A stretch of DNA of 64,000 nt from Minisyncoccia bacterium (GTDB lineage: Bacteria > Patescibacteriota > Minisyncoccia > SW-4-49-11), in the NCBI GenBank assembly GCA_044341565.1, contig JBIIRM010000001.1, forward strand, positions 74,527 through 138,526. Direction: 5' to 3'. The position numbers were made by a program, and so were the translations under genes. Under the pieces are notes generated by a model. That model saw only the letters and a list, made by a program, of their open reading frames with translations, did not search any database and was not told the DNA's origin. Of the stretch, positions 39,091-49,493 are shown piece after piece; the first letter of the stretch is position 1, and every line of letters begins with the position of its first letter.

Positions 39091-40701
39091 ATGTCGAAAA
39101 AATTATATATTACTACCAATTCAATTGGCTTTAAGCATCGCTTAAAACAAGTTCTTCAAGATATTTCAGTAACTATTCATCAAGGGGATAAAATTGCTTT
39201 GGTAGGGGATAATGGAACGGGTAAAACTACTTTATTAAAGATTATTGCAAATCTTATTAAGCCAACTAAGGGTATAGTTGAAGAATTAGATTCTGTATGG
39301 TATTTACCCCAATTAGATTTGGAAATATTTCACTCTAATATTCCTATTTCAGAGTATATATCACAGTTTATAGAAGATTGGTGGGAAGTTATTGATCTCA
39401 TTGAGCATACATTTGATTTTAGCATTGATACTAGCCGAGAACTTAATACCTTAAGTGGAGGAGAAATTGTAAAATTACATTTAGGTATTATTTTTTATAT
39501 TAAACCAAAAGTACTATTATTAGATGAGCCTACAAATCATTTAGATATACAAGCTCAAGAATGGTTGATCAAAGCTATACAGGAATATCCCTATAGTGTA
39601 TTAATTGCCTCTCATGACACCTCTTTTGCAGATAGAGTAGTAAATAGAGTATGGGAATTGGAGGATGGGAATATAAGAGAATTTGGCGGTAATGTGTCAT
39701 TTTATCGAGAACAAAAACGTTTAGAAAGTGAAGCGAGATTGCGTCGTTATGAAGTTGCTTTGAAGGATAAAAAACGTTTAGATAAATCGGTGGCATCAGA
39801 GGCGAAAAGACAAGAACAAAATATACAGGTTGGAATTAGAAGTAGACAGGATAGAAGTGTATCTCGTATGGATAGAGGATATCTTAAAAGCAAGGCTCAG
39901 ATGAGAGCGGGACAAAAAAAATTAATGTATGATTCCCGATTAGAAGATAATAAGGAAATTATTCATGAGCTAGAACCACAAATAAAGCGAGATGTAAGAT
40001 ATTATATTCCTCATCAAACAATACAAAATCAAGAAATTATCCTCAATATTCGAGATGGTCTTGTACAAGTTGCTGAAACGGTACTTATTCGAGATATTCG
40101 ATTTCAAGTTTCTAGCGGGGACAGAATTGCTTTGATTGGAGGAAATGGGACGGGTAAAAGTCAATTTTTTCATATGCTTATGAAAAGACAATTATCTTCT
40201 GGTATTTTAGAAATTAAAGATAAGACTAATATTGTATATATGGACCAAACATATGCAATTGTTTGTCCCCATAAGACGATATTGGAAAATATGCGAGATT
40301 ATAATCCCAAAGCTTCTATGATGACAATTCGTCAAAAATTAAGAGAATTTTTATTTTGGGATGATTATCAAGTAAATCAATATGCAGAAAACTTATCCGG
40401 GGGGCAAGTAGCAAGATTAGCCTTTGCAATGATTAGTTTACAACAAGTAGATATATTATTATTAGATGAGCCTACAAATAATCTTGATATTTCAACACAA
40501 GAGGCAATTATACAAGGATTATTAGCGTATAAAGGAGCTTTAATTATTATTTCTCATTCACTTGATTTCTTGAATCGAGTAGGAATTCAGGATATATACT
40601 GTGTTGCAAATCAGCAATATATTCAGCATCCTTATAGTATTGAAGATGAAAGATTTCATAGTAAATTATTAGAAATAATCGGTAATGGAATTGTCCCTTA
40701 A
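39091..40701 (+). CDS. ABC-F family ATPase (tandem ABC domains, no TMD)
   Basis: 536 aa; Walker A GDNGTGKTT and GGNGTGKS, signatures LSGGE and LSGGQ, ~110 aa charged inter-domain linker. Confidence 0.8.
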   Translation: MSKKLYITTNSIGFKHRLKQVLQDISVTIHQGDKIALVGDNGTGKTTLLKIIANLIKPTKGIVEELDSVWYLPQLDLEIFHSNIPISEYISQFIEDWWEVIDLIEHTFDFSIDTSRELNTLSGGEIVKLHLGIIFYIKPKVLLLDEPTNHLDIQAQEWLIKAIQEYPYSVLIASHDTSFADRVVNRVWELEDGNIREFGGNVSFYREQKRLESEARLRRYEVALKDKKRLDKSVASEAKRQEQNIQVGIRSRQDRSVSRMDRGYLKSKAQMRAGQKKLMYDSRLEDNKEIIHELEPQIKRDVRYYIPHQTIQNQEIILNIRDGLVQVAETVLIRDIRFQVSSGDRIALIGGNGTGKSQFFHMLMKRQLSSGILEIKDKTNIVYMDQTYAIVCPHKTILENMRDYNPKASMMTIRQKLREFLFWDDYQVNQYAENLSGGQVARLAFAMISLQQVDILLLDEPTNNLDISTQEAIIQGLLAYKGALIIISHSLDFLNRVGIQDIYCVANQQYIQHPYSIEDERFHSKLLEIIGNGIVP

Positions 40702-40742
40702 ATTGTGATACTATAAATATACATAATCCAATATAAATAAAA

Positions 40743-42335
40743 ATGATTTATAGTATCTTATCATTAGGTGTAATTGCAATTCTTAGTATTGCTTGGACTT
40801 TAGTATATAAAAAAAATCATACAAGTATATCACAATGGTTCTTATTTCCCTTGACGGGAGCGATTATATGGACATTTGGTTGGTTGGGAATACACATTAT
40901 TTTTTCTAAGCCAGATTTTTTTTCAAAGTCTCTATATATAATCTTCCAACAAATTATGTTCTCAGGACTTATTGCTGTGCCATTAGGTCTTATTATAACA
41001 GCATTGTATTATCCATTTAGTAAGACAAATACTGTATATAAGAATAGAATTTCTTGGGCTATTAGTATTGTGTATATACTATTTTTGATTCCTATTTACA
41101 CCTCATTTCATTTATTTCAAAATATCAGCATATATAACAATGGTGTTGTCTTAGAATATGGACCTTTATTCCAATATTATCAAATAGGATTAGGGATAGC
41201 TTTATTTATGAGTATTATAGTCATTATAAGTCGATTAAAGCATATTCAAAAAAAGAAAGACAAAATAGTATCATTATATTTTATTATGGGTTATTTTATC
41301 ACTATCATAGGGTACATTACTAGCACATTATTTATTTTTATTCAAGGGGATAGTACTTTTATGAAATATAACCCACTTTTATTACTGGTCTGGATTGGAT
41401 TTATTGTAATAGGAGCTATTCAATATAAATTAGTTGACTCAAAAATCTTTATATCCCAAATTATTATTATATGGGCAGTAATTATTATTGCTGTTATCAC
41501 ATTTAGTAATACATCACCAGTTACTCTTATTATTGACATATTATTTCTGATTATATTTAGTGTATTAGGAATTATTCTTATACAAAACTTACAAGAATCA
41601 TCTTATATCAAAAAAGATTTAAATAGAGATAATCGCAAATTACAAAAATTTATTAATGTAAAAGATAATTTTTTGAGAATGACAACACATCAATTGAGAA
41701 CCCCAGTAATTATTTTAGAAGAATATACCAGTACTTTGATAAATAAAGTATCAAAGAATCAGTCTCCTGAATTAGACTATTTACATAAAATTCTTATTAA
41801 TAATTATCGATTAAAAGAAGTGATAGAGGATTTAACTCTTACTTATGCTATAGAAGCTGATAAATTTGAATTAAATCATATTGTTCCAGTAGATATTGCT
41901 CTCATCATAGAGCATGTCATGGAGGATATTAAAACATCTCAAAAATATCTTGATATTACAATGCGATTAGAAAAAGCCAATAGAAATTATATTATTAAGG
42001 GGGAAGCCCATTATTTAGAATTAGCTTTTAAAAAAGTAATACAGAATGCCTATATATTTGCAAATGAAGAAGTGATAATACGGTTACATACCAATAAGGA
42101 TAGTATTCTTATTTCTATTGTAGATGATGGAATTGGTATTAATAAAGATGATTTGCGACAATTATTCCTTCCTTTTATACGAGGATATAGGGCTCCTGTA
42201 TTAAATCCAGATGGATCTGGATTAGGTATTTACTTAACAAAACATATTGTTAATAGCCATGAAGGTAAATTTATGTTAAAAAGTGATGGTGAGGGCTTGG
42301 GTGCTGAAGCTATAATTATTCTCCCTAAAAATTAA
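40743..42335 (+). CDS. Membrane sensor histidine kinase (paralogue)
   Basis: 530 aa; multi-TM N-terminus, H-box MTTHQLRTPVII, G-box GSGLGIYLTK. Confidence 0.8.
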   Translation: MIYSILSLGVIAILSIAWTLVYKKNHTSISQWFLFPLTGAIIWTFGWLGIHIIFSKPDFFSKSLYIIFQQIMFSGLIAVPLGLIITALYYPFSKTNTVYKNRISWAISIVYILFLIPIYTSFHLFQNISIYNNGVVLEYGPLFQYYQIGLGIALFMSIIVIISRLKHIQKKKDKIVSLYFIMGYFITIIGYITSTLFIFIQGDSTFMKYNPLLLLVWIGFIVIGAIQYKLVDSKIFISQIIIIWAVIIIAVITFSNTSPVTLIIDILFLIIFSVLGIILIQNLQESSYIKKDLNRDNRKLQKFINVKDNFLRMTTHQLRTPVIILEEYTSTLINKVSKNQSPELDYLHKILINNYRLKEVIEDLTLTYAIEADKFELNHIVPVDIALIIEHVMEDIKTSQKYLDITMRLEKANRNYIIKGEAHYLELAFKKVIQNAYIFANEEVIIRLHTNKDSILISIVDDGIGINKDDLRQLFLPFIRGYRAPVLNPDGSGLGIYLTKHIVNSHEGKFMLKSDGEGLGAEAIIILPKN

Positions 42336-42337
42336 AT

Positions 42338-43975
42338 ATGAATACAGATTCACAATATATTATTGAAGTATTATTAGGCTCTATTGGGGGGCTATTAAGT
42401 TTAGCCTTGGGGGTATTTTGTGTCGTAATATATAGAAGTACAGTTAAAAAATATACTATAAAGCATCGATATGTAGGGTGGTTTGGAGTATTATTAATTG
42501 CTACAGGAATTTGGGCATTATGTGAGGTCTGGAATGAACAGCAATTTTTTGGAGGATATGAATTGGCACTTACCTATGGAATTGGTATAATGTTACCCCT
42601 TATATTTTATATTTTTGTTAAATCATTGGATAATACATTCAAATGGGATTGGAAATTCTTTCTCTTTCTCTTTATACAGATAAGTATTATTTTGTATTTA
42701 ATTCACCCACAATATGGCATTGTAGATTATCAATATCCATCGCCTGAATTACGACTAGGATCTTTTCAGCATCTTGTATTTGTACTCTATATGTTCTTAG
42801 CCAGTTTTCTCGGATTATCATATTTATTAAAGATTGTACGTACAAAAACCATTCCTTATGCTGAGGGTATATTTGTTGCTCTAGCAGTACCATTTAGTGT
42901 TGTAGCAATTGCTAATATTGTAATTCCCTTTATATTCCTTGATAATTCATATCATCGTATTGGGCCATTGGGATTATTATTAATGGCTATATATATAACC
43001 TATATTATTATTAAACAAGAGGCTTTAAAAATACCGGTTATTCTATTCCAGTTATATGCACTTGGAACTATTCTGGTTACAGCTATTGCAGTACAAATAG
43101 GGTTAATCTTATTTGGAGTTACAAGTATTTTTCAACCGGAAAGAATTATTTTGATTATTATATTAAGTATTATCGTGGGAGTTTTAATGAATCAAACATT
43201 ACAAGGGTTGGAAGATGCCAATTTAGTGCAAAAAGTCCACAAAGAATTAAAATCTTCTATTAAGGCTAAGAATCAATTTATTCAAATATCCTCGCATCAG
43301 TTAAGAACTCCTATTACTGCAATTAAGGGATATTTATCTTTATTAAAAGAAGCGCATGCCCCCAAAGATGATGCAATGGGCCATTATATTGTACAAATGA
43401 GTGTCATTGTACAAAATATGTCTACTGTTATTGAGGATGTTTTGAATGTAAACTCTCTTAATTCTGGTGATTTTAGTGTAAGACTAGATGATATATTTGA
43501 CTTAGAAAAACAATTAACAGACACAGTTGAAAATAAATCATTCCTAATGGATAAGTCAAATATCAGTTATACTTATACCGTAAAAGGAGATGATTTTATG
43601 ATAAAGGGAGATGAGGTAAAAATACGAGAAGTTTTGAATAATGGACTTGATAATGCTTTGCAATATGGTAAAGACCACATTAAGATCCAACTTATTGGAA
43701 ATAAAAAAGAAATACAAATTAAAATACAAGATAATGGTATTGGTATTACGCCAGCAGAGCAAAAAATTATTTTTAAACCATATAAAAGAGGCGAATCTGC
43801 TCAGCAAATACGTCATGATGGAACTGGGCTTGGGCTTCATTTGATGAAATTGATCATAGAAGCCCATAAAGGAACTGTTAGTATAAAAAGTGAGGGAAGA
43901 GATAAAGGAAGTATGCTTACCATAACGATTCCAAGAATTCATCAAGATAATAAAAAGGTGGTGGAAGAGAAATAA
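42338..43975 (+). CDS. Membrane sensor histidine kinase (paralogue)
   Basis: 545 aa; multi-TM N-terminus, H-box SSHQLRTPITAIKGYL, G-box GTGLGLHLMK. Confidence 0.8.
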   Translation: MNTDSQYIIEVLLGSIGGLLSLALGVFCVVIYRSTVKKYTIKHRYVGWFGVLLIATGIWALCEVWNEQQFFGGYELALTYGIGIMLPLIFYIFVKSLDNTFKWDWKFFLFLFIQISIILYLIHPQYGIVDYQYPSPELRLGSFQHLVFVLYMFLASFLGLSYLLKIVRTKTIPYAEGIFVALAVPFSVVAIANIVIPFIFLDNSYHRIGPLGLLLMAIYITYIIIKQEALKIPVILFQLYALGTILVTAIAVQIGLILFGVTSIFQPERIILIIILSIIVGVLMNQTLQGLEDANLVQKVHKELKSSIKAKNQFIQISSHQLRTPITAIKGYLSLLKEAHAPKDDAMGHYIVQMSVIVQNMSTVIEDVLNVNSLNSGDFSVRLDDIFDLEKQLTDTVENKSFLMDKSNISYTYTVKGDDFMIKGDEVKIREVLNNGLDNALQYGKDHIKIQLIGNKKEIQIKIQDNGIGITPAEQKIIFKPYKRGESAQQIRHDGTGLGLHLMKLIIEAHKGTVSIKSEGRDKGSMLTITIPRIHQDNKKVVEEK

Positions 43976-43988
43976 TTCAGTTTTCCTC

Positions 43989-44017
43989 TTGACTAAATTC
44001 CAAATATGGTTTAGAAT
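43989..44017 (+). promoter_or_regulatory. Putative promoter of the tuf-S10-spc operon (TTGACT-17-TAGAAT)
   Basis: TTGACT 43989-43994; TAGAAT 44012-44017. Confidence 0.4.
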
Positions 44018-44085
44018 AGTTCAGAGTGTGTTTGACTCGACCGTGTTTTTATTCAGTTAAACAATAATAATTAAAGTATACTTCT

Positions 44086-45282
44086 ATGGCAACCGAAAAG
44101 TATGAGCGAAACAAGCCCCATGTAAATGTAGGAACTATTGGTCATGTTGATCATGGTAAAACAACATTAACTGCAGCTATTCTTAATGTACTTAGTTTAA
44201 GAGGAAATGTAGTTACAAAAAAAGCTGTTAATGAAATCGATGCAGCTCCTGAGGAAAAAGCTCGAGGAATTACCATTGCTACAGCTCATGTTGAGTATGA
44301 ATCAGATACTCGTCATTATGCACATATTGATTGTCCAGGACATGCTGATTATATCAAGAACATGATTACCGGTGCTGCTCAAATGGATGGAGCTATCTTA
44401 GTAGTATCTGCTGCAGATGGTCCTATGCCTCAAACTCGAGAGCATATTCTTCTTGCAAATCAAATTGGAGTACCTCAAATTGTAGTATTCCTTAATAAAG
44501 TTGATCAAGTTGATGATGAGGAATTGATTGAACTTGTAGAAGTAGAAGTTCGAGAACTATTAAGTAAATATAGTTTTGATGGAGATAATGCTCGAATTGT
44601 TCGAGGATCAGCTCTTAAGGCTCTTGAAACAACTGATGTTAATTCAGATGCAGCTAAGCCAATCTTAGAGCTTGTTGATGCTCTTGATGAAGCTATTCCA
44701 GAACCAAAGCGAGAAATTGATTTAGATTTCTTGATGCCAGTTGAAGATATTTTCTCAATTGAAGGACGAGGAACTGTAGTAACCGGAAGAATCGAAAAAG
44801 GAATTATCAAAGTAAACTCAGAAGTAGAAATTGTTGGACTTCGACCTACTCAAAAAACAGTTGTTACTGGAGTTGAGATGTTCAAAAAGCTTCTTGATGA
44901 AGGGCAAGCCGGAGACAATGTAGGGCTTCTTCTTCGAGGAGTTAAAAAAGAAGATGTTGAAAGAGGACAAGTACTTGCAAAAGTTGGATCTATTACTCCT
45001 CATACTGAATTTGAAGCTGAGGTATATGTTCTAACAAAAGAAGAAGGAGGACGACATACCCCATTTGTATCTGGGTATAAGCCACAATTCTATATTCGAA
45101 CTACTGATGTAACAGGAGAAATCACTCTTCCTGAAGGATCAGAATTAGTTATGCCAGGAGATACTGTTACTGTAAAAGTTGCTCTTGTAGCTCCTATTGC
45201 ACTTACTGACAATCAAAGATTTGCAATTCGAGAAGGTGGGCATACTGTTGGAGCTGGAGTTGTTACGAAAGTTATCAAATAA
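44086..45282 (+). CDS. tuf: Elongation factor Tu
   Basis: 398 aa; [23 protein letters not shown]…DCPGHADY…NKVD. Confidence 0.95.
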   Translation: MATEKYERNKPHVNVGTIGHVDHGKTTLTAAILNVLSLRGNVVTKKAVNEIDAAPEEKARGITIATAHVEYESDTRHYAHIDCPGHADYIKNMITGAAQMDGAILVVSAADGPMPQTREHILLANQIGVPQIVVFLNKVDQVDDEELIELVEVEVRELLSKYSFDGDNARIVRGSALKALETTDVNSDAAKPILELVDALDEAIPEPKREIDLDFLMPVEDIFSIEGRGTVVTGRIEKGIIKVNSEVEIVGLRPTQKTVVTGVEMFKKLLDEGQAGDNVGLLLRGVKKEDVERGQVLAKVGSITPHTEFEAEVYVLTKEEGGRHTPFVSGYKPQFYIRTTDVTGEITLPEGSELVMPGDTVTVKVALVAPIALTDNQRFAIREGGHTVGAGVVTKVIK

Positions 45283-45303
45283 GGCTTTAGATAAGAAAAA
45301 AGT

Positions 45304-45636
45304 ATGTCAACTAAAAAAGAAGAGTATAAATCACGAATACGGATTAAGATCAAAGCTTATGATTATAAGTTAGCTGATCAATCATCTGTACAGATTATTA
45401 ATACCGCTATGAAATTTGGAGCAAATGCTGTGGGACCTATTCCACTTCCTACTTCCATTAAGAAATATACGGTATTAAAATCAACATTCGTGCATAAAGA
45501 CTCTCGAGACCAATTTGAGATGAGAGTTCATAAGAGACTTATTGATATTGCAGAACCAAATTCTAAGGTAATTGATGCTCTTATGAATCTCAATCTCCCG
45601 GTTGGAGTAGATATTTCTATCAAGTATCTCAATTAG
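45304..45636 (+). CDS. rpsJ: 30S ribosomal protein S10
   Basis: 110 aa; S10 family; first gene of the S10 operon. Confidence 0.9.
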   Translation: MSTKKEEYKSRIRIKIKAYDYKLADQSSVQIINTAMKFGANAVGPIPLPTSIKKYTVLKSTFVHKDSRDQFEMRVHKRLIDIAEPNSKVIDALMNLNLPVGVDISIKYLN

Positions 45637-45657
45637 TAATCAAGGTAAAGTGTAAGT

Positions 45658-46236
45658 ATGAAATTTTCGTTTGCTCAAAAGATTGGAATGACTCAAGTGT
45701 TTGAAGAAGGTAAAGTAATACCCGTCACGAAAGTTCAATTGTATCCCGATGTAAAGGTACAAGCTCTTATTGCTGAAGATAAAACAGGATATAATGCTGT
45801 GCAATTTGGTGCAAAATATTCTAAAAAGGTAAAAGATACTGAATTACCAAGATTATTAAAAGAAGTTCGTGTAAATAAATTCCCAGAATTAGAAGTAGGT
45901 GCTGTATTAGATATAGCTCAATATGAAGTGGGGAATGTCTTAGAAGTAAAAGGAGTTTCAAAAGGAAAAGGATTTGCTGGAGTAGTAAAACGACATGGAT
46001 TTGCTGGAGCAAATGCTACTCATGGAACCAAGCATACTGAGCGATCAGGAGGTTCTATTGGATCAGGGTATCCAGAGCATGTTTTGAAAGGACGTAAAAT
46101 GCCGGGACGAGATGGATTTAAAACTCAAACATTAAAGAATGTAAAAGTTGTAGGAATAGATATTGAAAATAATCAATTATTATTAAAGGGAGCAATTCCT
46201 GGACCTAATAAGGGATTATTACAAATTGTCGGTTAG
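45658..46236 (+). CDS. rplC: 50S ribosomal protein L3
   Basis: 192 aa; L3 family by position and sequence. Confidence 0.85.
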   Translation: MKFSFAQKIGMTQVFEEGKVIPVTKVQLYPDVKVQALIAEDKTGYNAVQFGAKYSKKVKDTELPRLLKEVRVNKFPELEVGAVLDIAQYEVGNVLEVKGVSKGKGFAGVVKRHGFAGANATHGTKHTERSGGSIGSGYPEHVLKGRKMPGRDGFKTQTLKNVKVVGIDIENNQLLLKGAIPGPNKGLLQIVG

Positions 46237-46246
46237 ATAAGTTTAT

Positions 46247-46882
46247 ATGAAGATTCAGGTAATTACCACAAAAGGAGTAAAGAAGGAGCAATATGAATTG
46301 CCAAGTGAGATATTTGAAGTAGCTCCAAATGAGAGTTTAATTCATCAGGTATATCGATATTTGGTTTTGAATAAGCTTTATCCTGTAGCTCATACCAAGG
46401 ACCGCTCAGAAGTACGTGGAGGAGGTAAAAAACCTTGGAAGCAAAAAGGAACTGGTAGAGCTCGACATGGATCAACTCGTTCTCCAATTTGGCGAACAGG
46501 AGGTATTACTTTTGGACCTACAAGTGCCAAGAATTTTGCAGTATCTATCAATAAAAAAATGAAGCGGAAAGCTTTATTTATGACCCTTTCATCTAGAGTA
46601 GCTGCTGATAAATTTGTATTATTAGATGATTTTGCATTATCCGCAATTAAAACTAAGGAAGCAGTATCAATTTTGAATAATCTTAAGCTTGAAGATAAGA
46701 AAACTCTCGTAATTGTACCTCGAGAAGATAAATATGCAGAAAAATCATTTGCAAATATCCCAACTGTCTCATTAATATATGCTGATTCATTGAATATTGA
46801 GGATATATTAAAAAGTGATACTATTTTAACTTCAGTACCATCAGTTGAGACTATTAAGGATATCTATAAGAATTACGTTTAA
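46247..46882 (+). CDS. rplD: 50S ribosomal protein L4
   Basis: 211 aa; L4 family. Confidence 0.85.
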   Translation: MKIQVITTKGVKKEQYELPSEIFEVAPNESLIHQVYRYLVLNKLYPVAHTKDRSEVRGGGKKPWKQKGTGRARHGSTRSPIWRTGGITFGPTSAKNFAVSINKKMKRKALFMTLSSRVAADKFVLLDDFALSAIKTKEAVSILNNLKLEDKKTLVIVPREDKYAEKSFANIPTVSLIYADSLNIEDILKSDTILTSVPSVETIKDIYKNYV

Positions 46883-46886
46883 GGAT

Positions 46887-47210
46887 ATGGCAAAGAAAGA
46901 ATCTACAACTGAAGCAGTACAAGAATTACAGCATAATACACAATCATATCAGGTATTAATAAAGCCTGTGATTAGTGAAAAAACGTATTCTTTATTCCAG
47001 AATAGACAGTATTCATTTGAAGTAACTGGGAATACGAATAAGCAAGAGATTGCAAAAGCAGTAGAATTATTGTATAATGTCAAGGTTTCACAAGTTCGAG
47101 TAATGAAAGTAAAACCACGAAACGTATTTGTGCGTGGAAAGAAGGGAAAGACAACAGGGTATAAAAAAGCCATTGTGTCATTGAAAGAAGGATTTAGCAT
47201 CAGTATTTAG
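46887..47210 (+). CDS. rplW: 50S ribosomal protein L23
   Basis: Start taken at the in-frame ATG at 46887 (MAKKESTT…) rather than the tracked 46845, which overlaps rplD. Confidence 0.8.
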   Translation: MAKKESTTEAVQELQHNTQSYQVLIKPVISEKTYSLFQNRQYSFEVTGNTNKQEIAKAVELLYNVKVSQVRVMKVKPRNVFVRGKKGKTTGYKKAIVSLKEGFSISI

Positions 47211-47212
47211 AT

Positions 47213-48040
47213 ATGATTAAGCATCGAAAACCCACCACACCAGGAAGAAGAAAGAGCTCAGTTGTTGATTACCGAGAGGCTTTAACAAAGACAACTCCAG
47301 AAAAGTCTTTATTAGCTCCTATTCGCTCAATGTCAGGTCGTAATTCACGAGGAGTGATTACTGTGCGACATAAAGGAGGACGAAATAAAAGAATGTATCG
47401 ATTGGTTGATTTCAAGCAAAAGCGTTTTGATATTGAAGCAATTGTACAATCAATTGAATATGATCCAAATCGATCTGCTTTTATTGCTCTTGTTACCTAT
47501 ACAGATGGAATCAAATCATATATTTTAGCTCCAGGTAAATTAACCGTAGGGCAGAGACTATTATTTAGTAAACAAGCTCCTTTAATTATTGGAAATAGAT
47601 TAACATTAGAATTTATTCCAGTGGGAACTGAAGTATATAATTTGGAATTATTCCCAGGAAAAGGTGGTCAAATTATTCGATCAGCTGGAAGCGCAGGACA
47701 AGTATTAGCTGTGGAAGACACCTATGCTTTAGTAAAACTTCCTTCGGGAGAAGTAAGAAAAGTACATAAAACCGTATATGCAAGTATTGGGAGAGTAAGT
47801 AATGAATCTCATATGCTTGAGAATATTGGAAAAGCTGGACGAAATCGATGGCGTGGAGTAAGACCAGCAGTTCGAGGAAGTGCTATGAATCCAGTAGACC
47901 ATCCACATGGAGGAGGAGAAGGACGACAACCAATTGGACTTAAGTCACCAAAAACTCCTTGGGGTAAAATTGCTCTTGGTAAAAAGACCCGTAAGAAGAA
48001 TAAGCCAAGTAATAAGTTTATTATAAGTAGAAGGAAATAA
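47213..48040 (+). CDS. rplB: 50S ribosomal protein L2
   Basis: 275 aa; …HPHGGGEGR… L2 signature. Confidence 0.95.
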   Translation: MIKHRKPTTPGRRKSSVVDYREALTKTTPEKSLLAPIRSMSGRNSRGVITVRHKGGRNKRMYRLVDFKQKRFDIEAIVQSIEYDPNRSAFIALVTYTDGIKSYILAPGKLTVGQRLLFSKQAPLIIGNRLTLEFIPVGTEVYNLELFPGKGGQIIRSAGSAGQVLAVEDTYALVKLPSGEVRKVHKTVYASIGRVSNESHMLENIGKAGRNRWRGVRPAVRGSAMNPVDHPHGGGEGRQPIGLKSPKTPWGKIALGKKTRKKNKPSNKFIISRRK

Positions 48041-48049
48041 GTATAGTAT

Positions 48050-48316
48050 ATGTCTAGAAGTCTTAAGAAAGGTCCCTACATCGATGAGAAATTAATAACC
48101 AAGGTTTTAGCATTAAAACCTGGAGATACTACCATCATCAAAACATGGGCACGCCATAGTACAGTTACTCCAGAAATGGTAGGATTTACTTTTGGTGTAC
48201 ATAATGGGAAAACTCATATCCCCGTGTATATCAAAGAAGATATGGTAGGACATAAGTTGGGAGAATTCTCAGCAACTCGTAAATTTATTGGACATAGTGG
48301 TAAGAAAGCTAAATAA
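48050..48316 (+). CDS. rpsS: 30S ribosomal protein S19
   Basis: 88 aa; [15 protein letters not shown]… canonical S19. Confidence 0.9.
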   Translation: MSRSLKKGPYIDEKLITKVLALKPGDTTIIKTWARHSTVTPEMVGFTFGVHNGKTHIPVYIKEDMVGHKLGEFSATRKFIGHSGKKAK

Positions 48317-48324
48317 GTACTCGT

Positions 48325-48819
48325 ATGGAATGGAATGCAACACTTAAAAATCTAAGAATTAGTCCGAGAAAAACTCGGTTGGTTGTTGATGCTGTGCGAG
48401 GGAAATCTGTAAAAGATGCACTTGCTATACTTGATACCTTGAGTCAAAAATCAAGTATTCCGGTCAAAAAGCTTATACAATCTGCAGTAGCTAATGCTAA
48501 AAAGCAAGATTCAGTATTAGAAGCTCAATTACAGGTATCATCAATTTTTGTAGATGCAGGACTTACATTAAAGCGTTTTCGGCCTCGAGCTTTTGGAAGA
48601 GCATATACTATTCGTAAAAGAAGTTCACATATTACCTTGACTTTGAAGGAACTTGATATTGTAAAGAAGAGAAAAGCTGCTACCGAAGCTAAAGAAATAG
48701 CTGAAAAACCAGCTGTAAAAGAGGCTGTAACAACAGCTACTAAGGCTAAGACAACTGCTGTCAAAAAGCCAGCTAAGAAAGTAGTTACCAAGAAAGCTCT
48801 CAAGGATAGCGATAAATAA
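48325..48819 (+). CDS. rplV: 50S ribosomal protein L22 with a Lys/Ala-rich C-terminal extension
   Basis: 164 aa; L22 core (~110 aa) plus an ~50 aa tail KKRKAATEAKEIAEKPAVKEAVTTATKAKTTAVKKPAKKVVTKKALK. Confidence 0.85.
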   Translation: MEWNATLKNLRISPRKTRLVVDAVRGKSVKDALAILDTLSQKSSIPVKKLIQSAVANAKKQDSVLEAQLQVSSIFVDAGLTLKRFRPRAFGRAYTIRKRSSHITLTLKELDIVKKRKAATEAKEIAEKPAVKEAVTTATKAKTTAVKKPAKKVVTKKALKDSDK

Positions 48820-48827
48820 TTAGATAT

Positions 48828-49475
48828 ATGGGAAATAAGGTTTCAGCAAATGTATATAGACTAGGAGTCACAAAGGGATGGACATCTCGATGGTTTGGTA
48901 CTGCTAAAAATTTACCAAAAGATTTACAAGAAGATGCAAAAATTCGTGTATTTATTACAAAAACTCTTCCAAAATCAGGAATTAGTACTATTGATATTGA
49001 AAGAACTCCTCGATTAATAAATATTATTATTCATACTTCTCGAGCTGGAATGATTATTGGAAGAGGAGGAGCTGGAATTGAATCATTAAAGAAAACTATC
49101 AAAAAACTTATTGGAACTCAAATTGATTTACGCCTTACTGTTGAGGAAATCAAGAATCCAAATGAAAATGCTGCTATTATTGGAGAAAATATTGCTGAGC
49201 AATTAGAAAAAAGAATTCCATTCCGACGAGTATTAAAGCAAACTATAGAAAATGTATTCCAAAGTCAAAATGTAAAGGGGATTAAAATATTATTGAGCGG
49301 AAGATTAGATGGAGCTGAAATGTCTCGAACAGAATATTTGACTAAGGGAAAAATTCCTTTGGCTACTCTTCGAGCAAATATTGATTTTGCTAAAAAAACC
49401 GCTTATACCAAATATGGAACTACCGGAATTAAGGTTTGGGTATATAAGGGGAATGTATTAGAGGAGCAAAAATAA
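48828..49475 (+). CDS. rpsC: 30S ribosomal protein S3
   Basis: 215 aa; KH domain region and S3 C-domain. Confidence 0.9.
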   Translation: MGNKVSANVYRLGVTKGWTSRWFGTAKNLPKDLQEDAKIRVFITKTLPKSGISTIDIERTPRLINIIIHTSRAGMIIGRGGAGIESLKKTIKKLIGTQIDLRLTVEEIKNPNENAAIIGENIAEQLEKRIPFRRVLKQTIENVFQSQNVKGIKILLSGRLDGAEMSRTEYLTKGKIPLATLRANIDFAKKTAYTKYGTTGIKVWVYKGNVLEEQK

Positions 49476-49493
49476 TAAGTTAAGAATTCTATT

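Noticed and set aside
43976-44085. tRNA genes upstream of tuf (common in many bacteria) or in the 16S flanks
   Set aside because: No T-loop (GTTCGA/GTTCAA-type) or cloverleaf-compatible segments were found in these spacers
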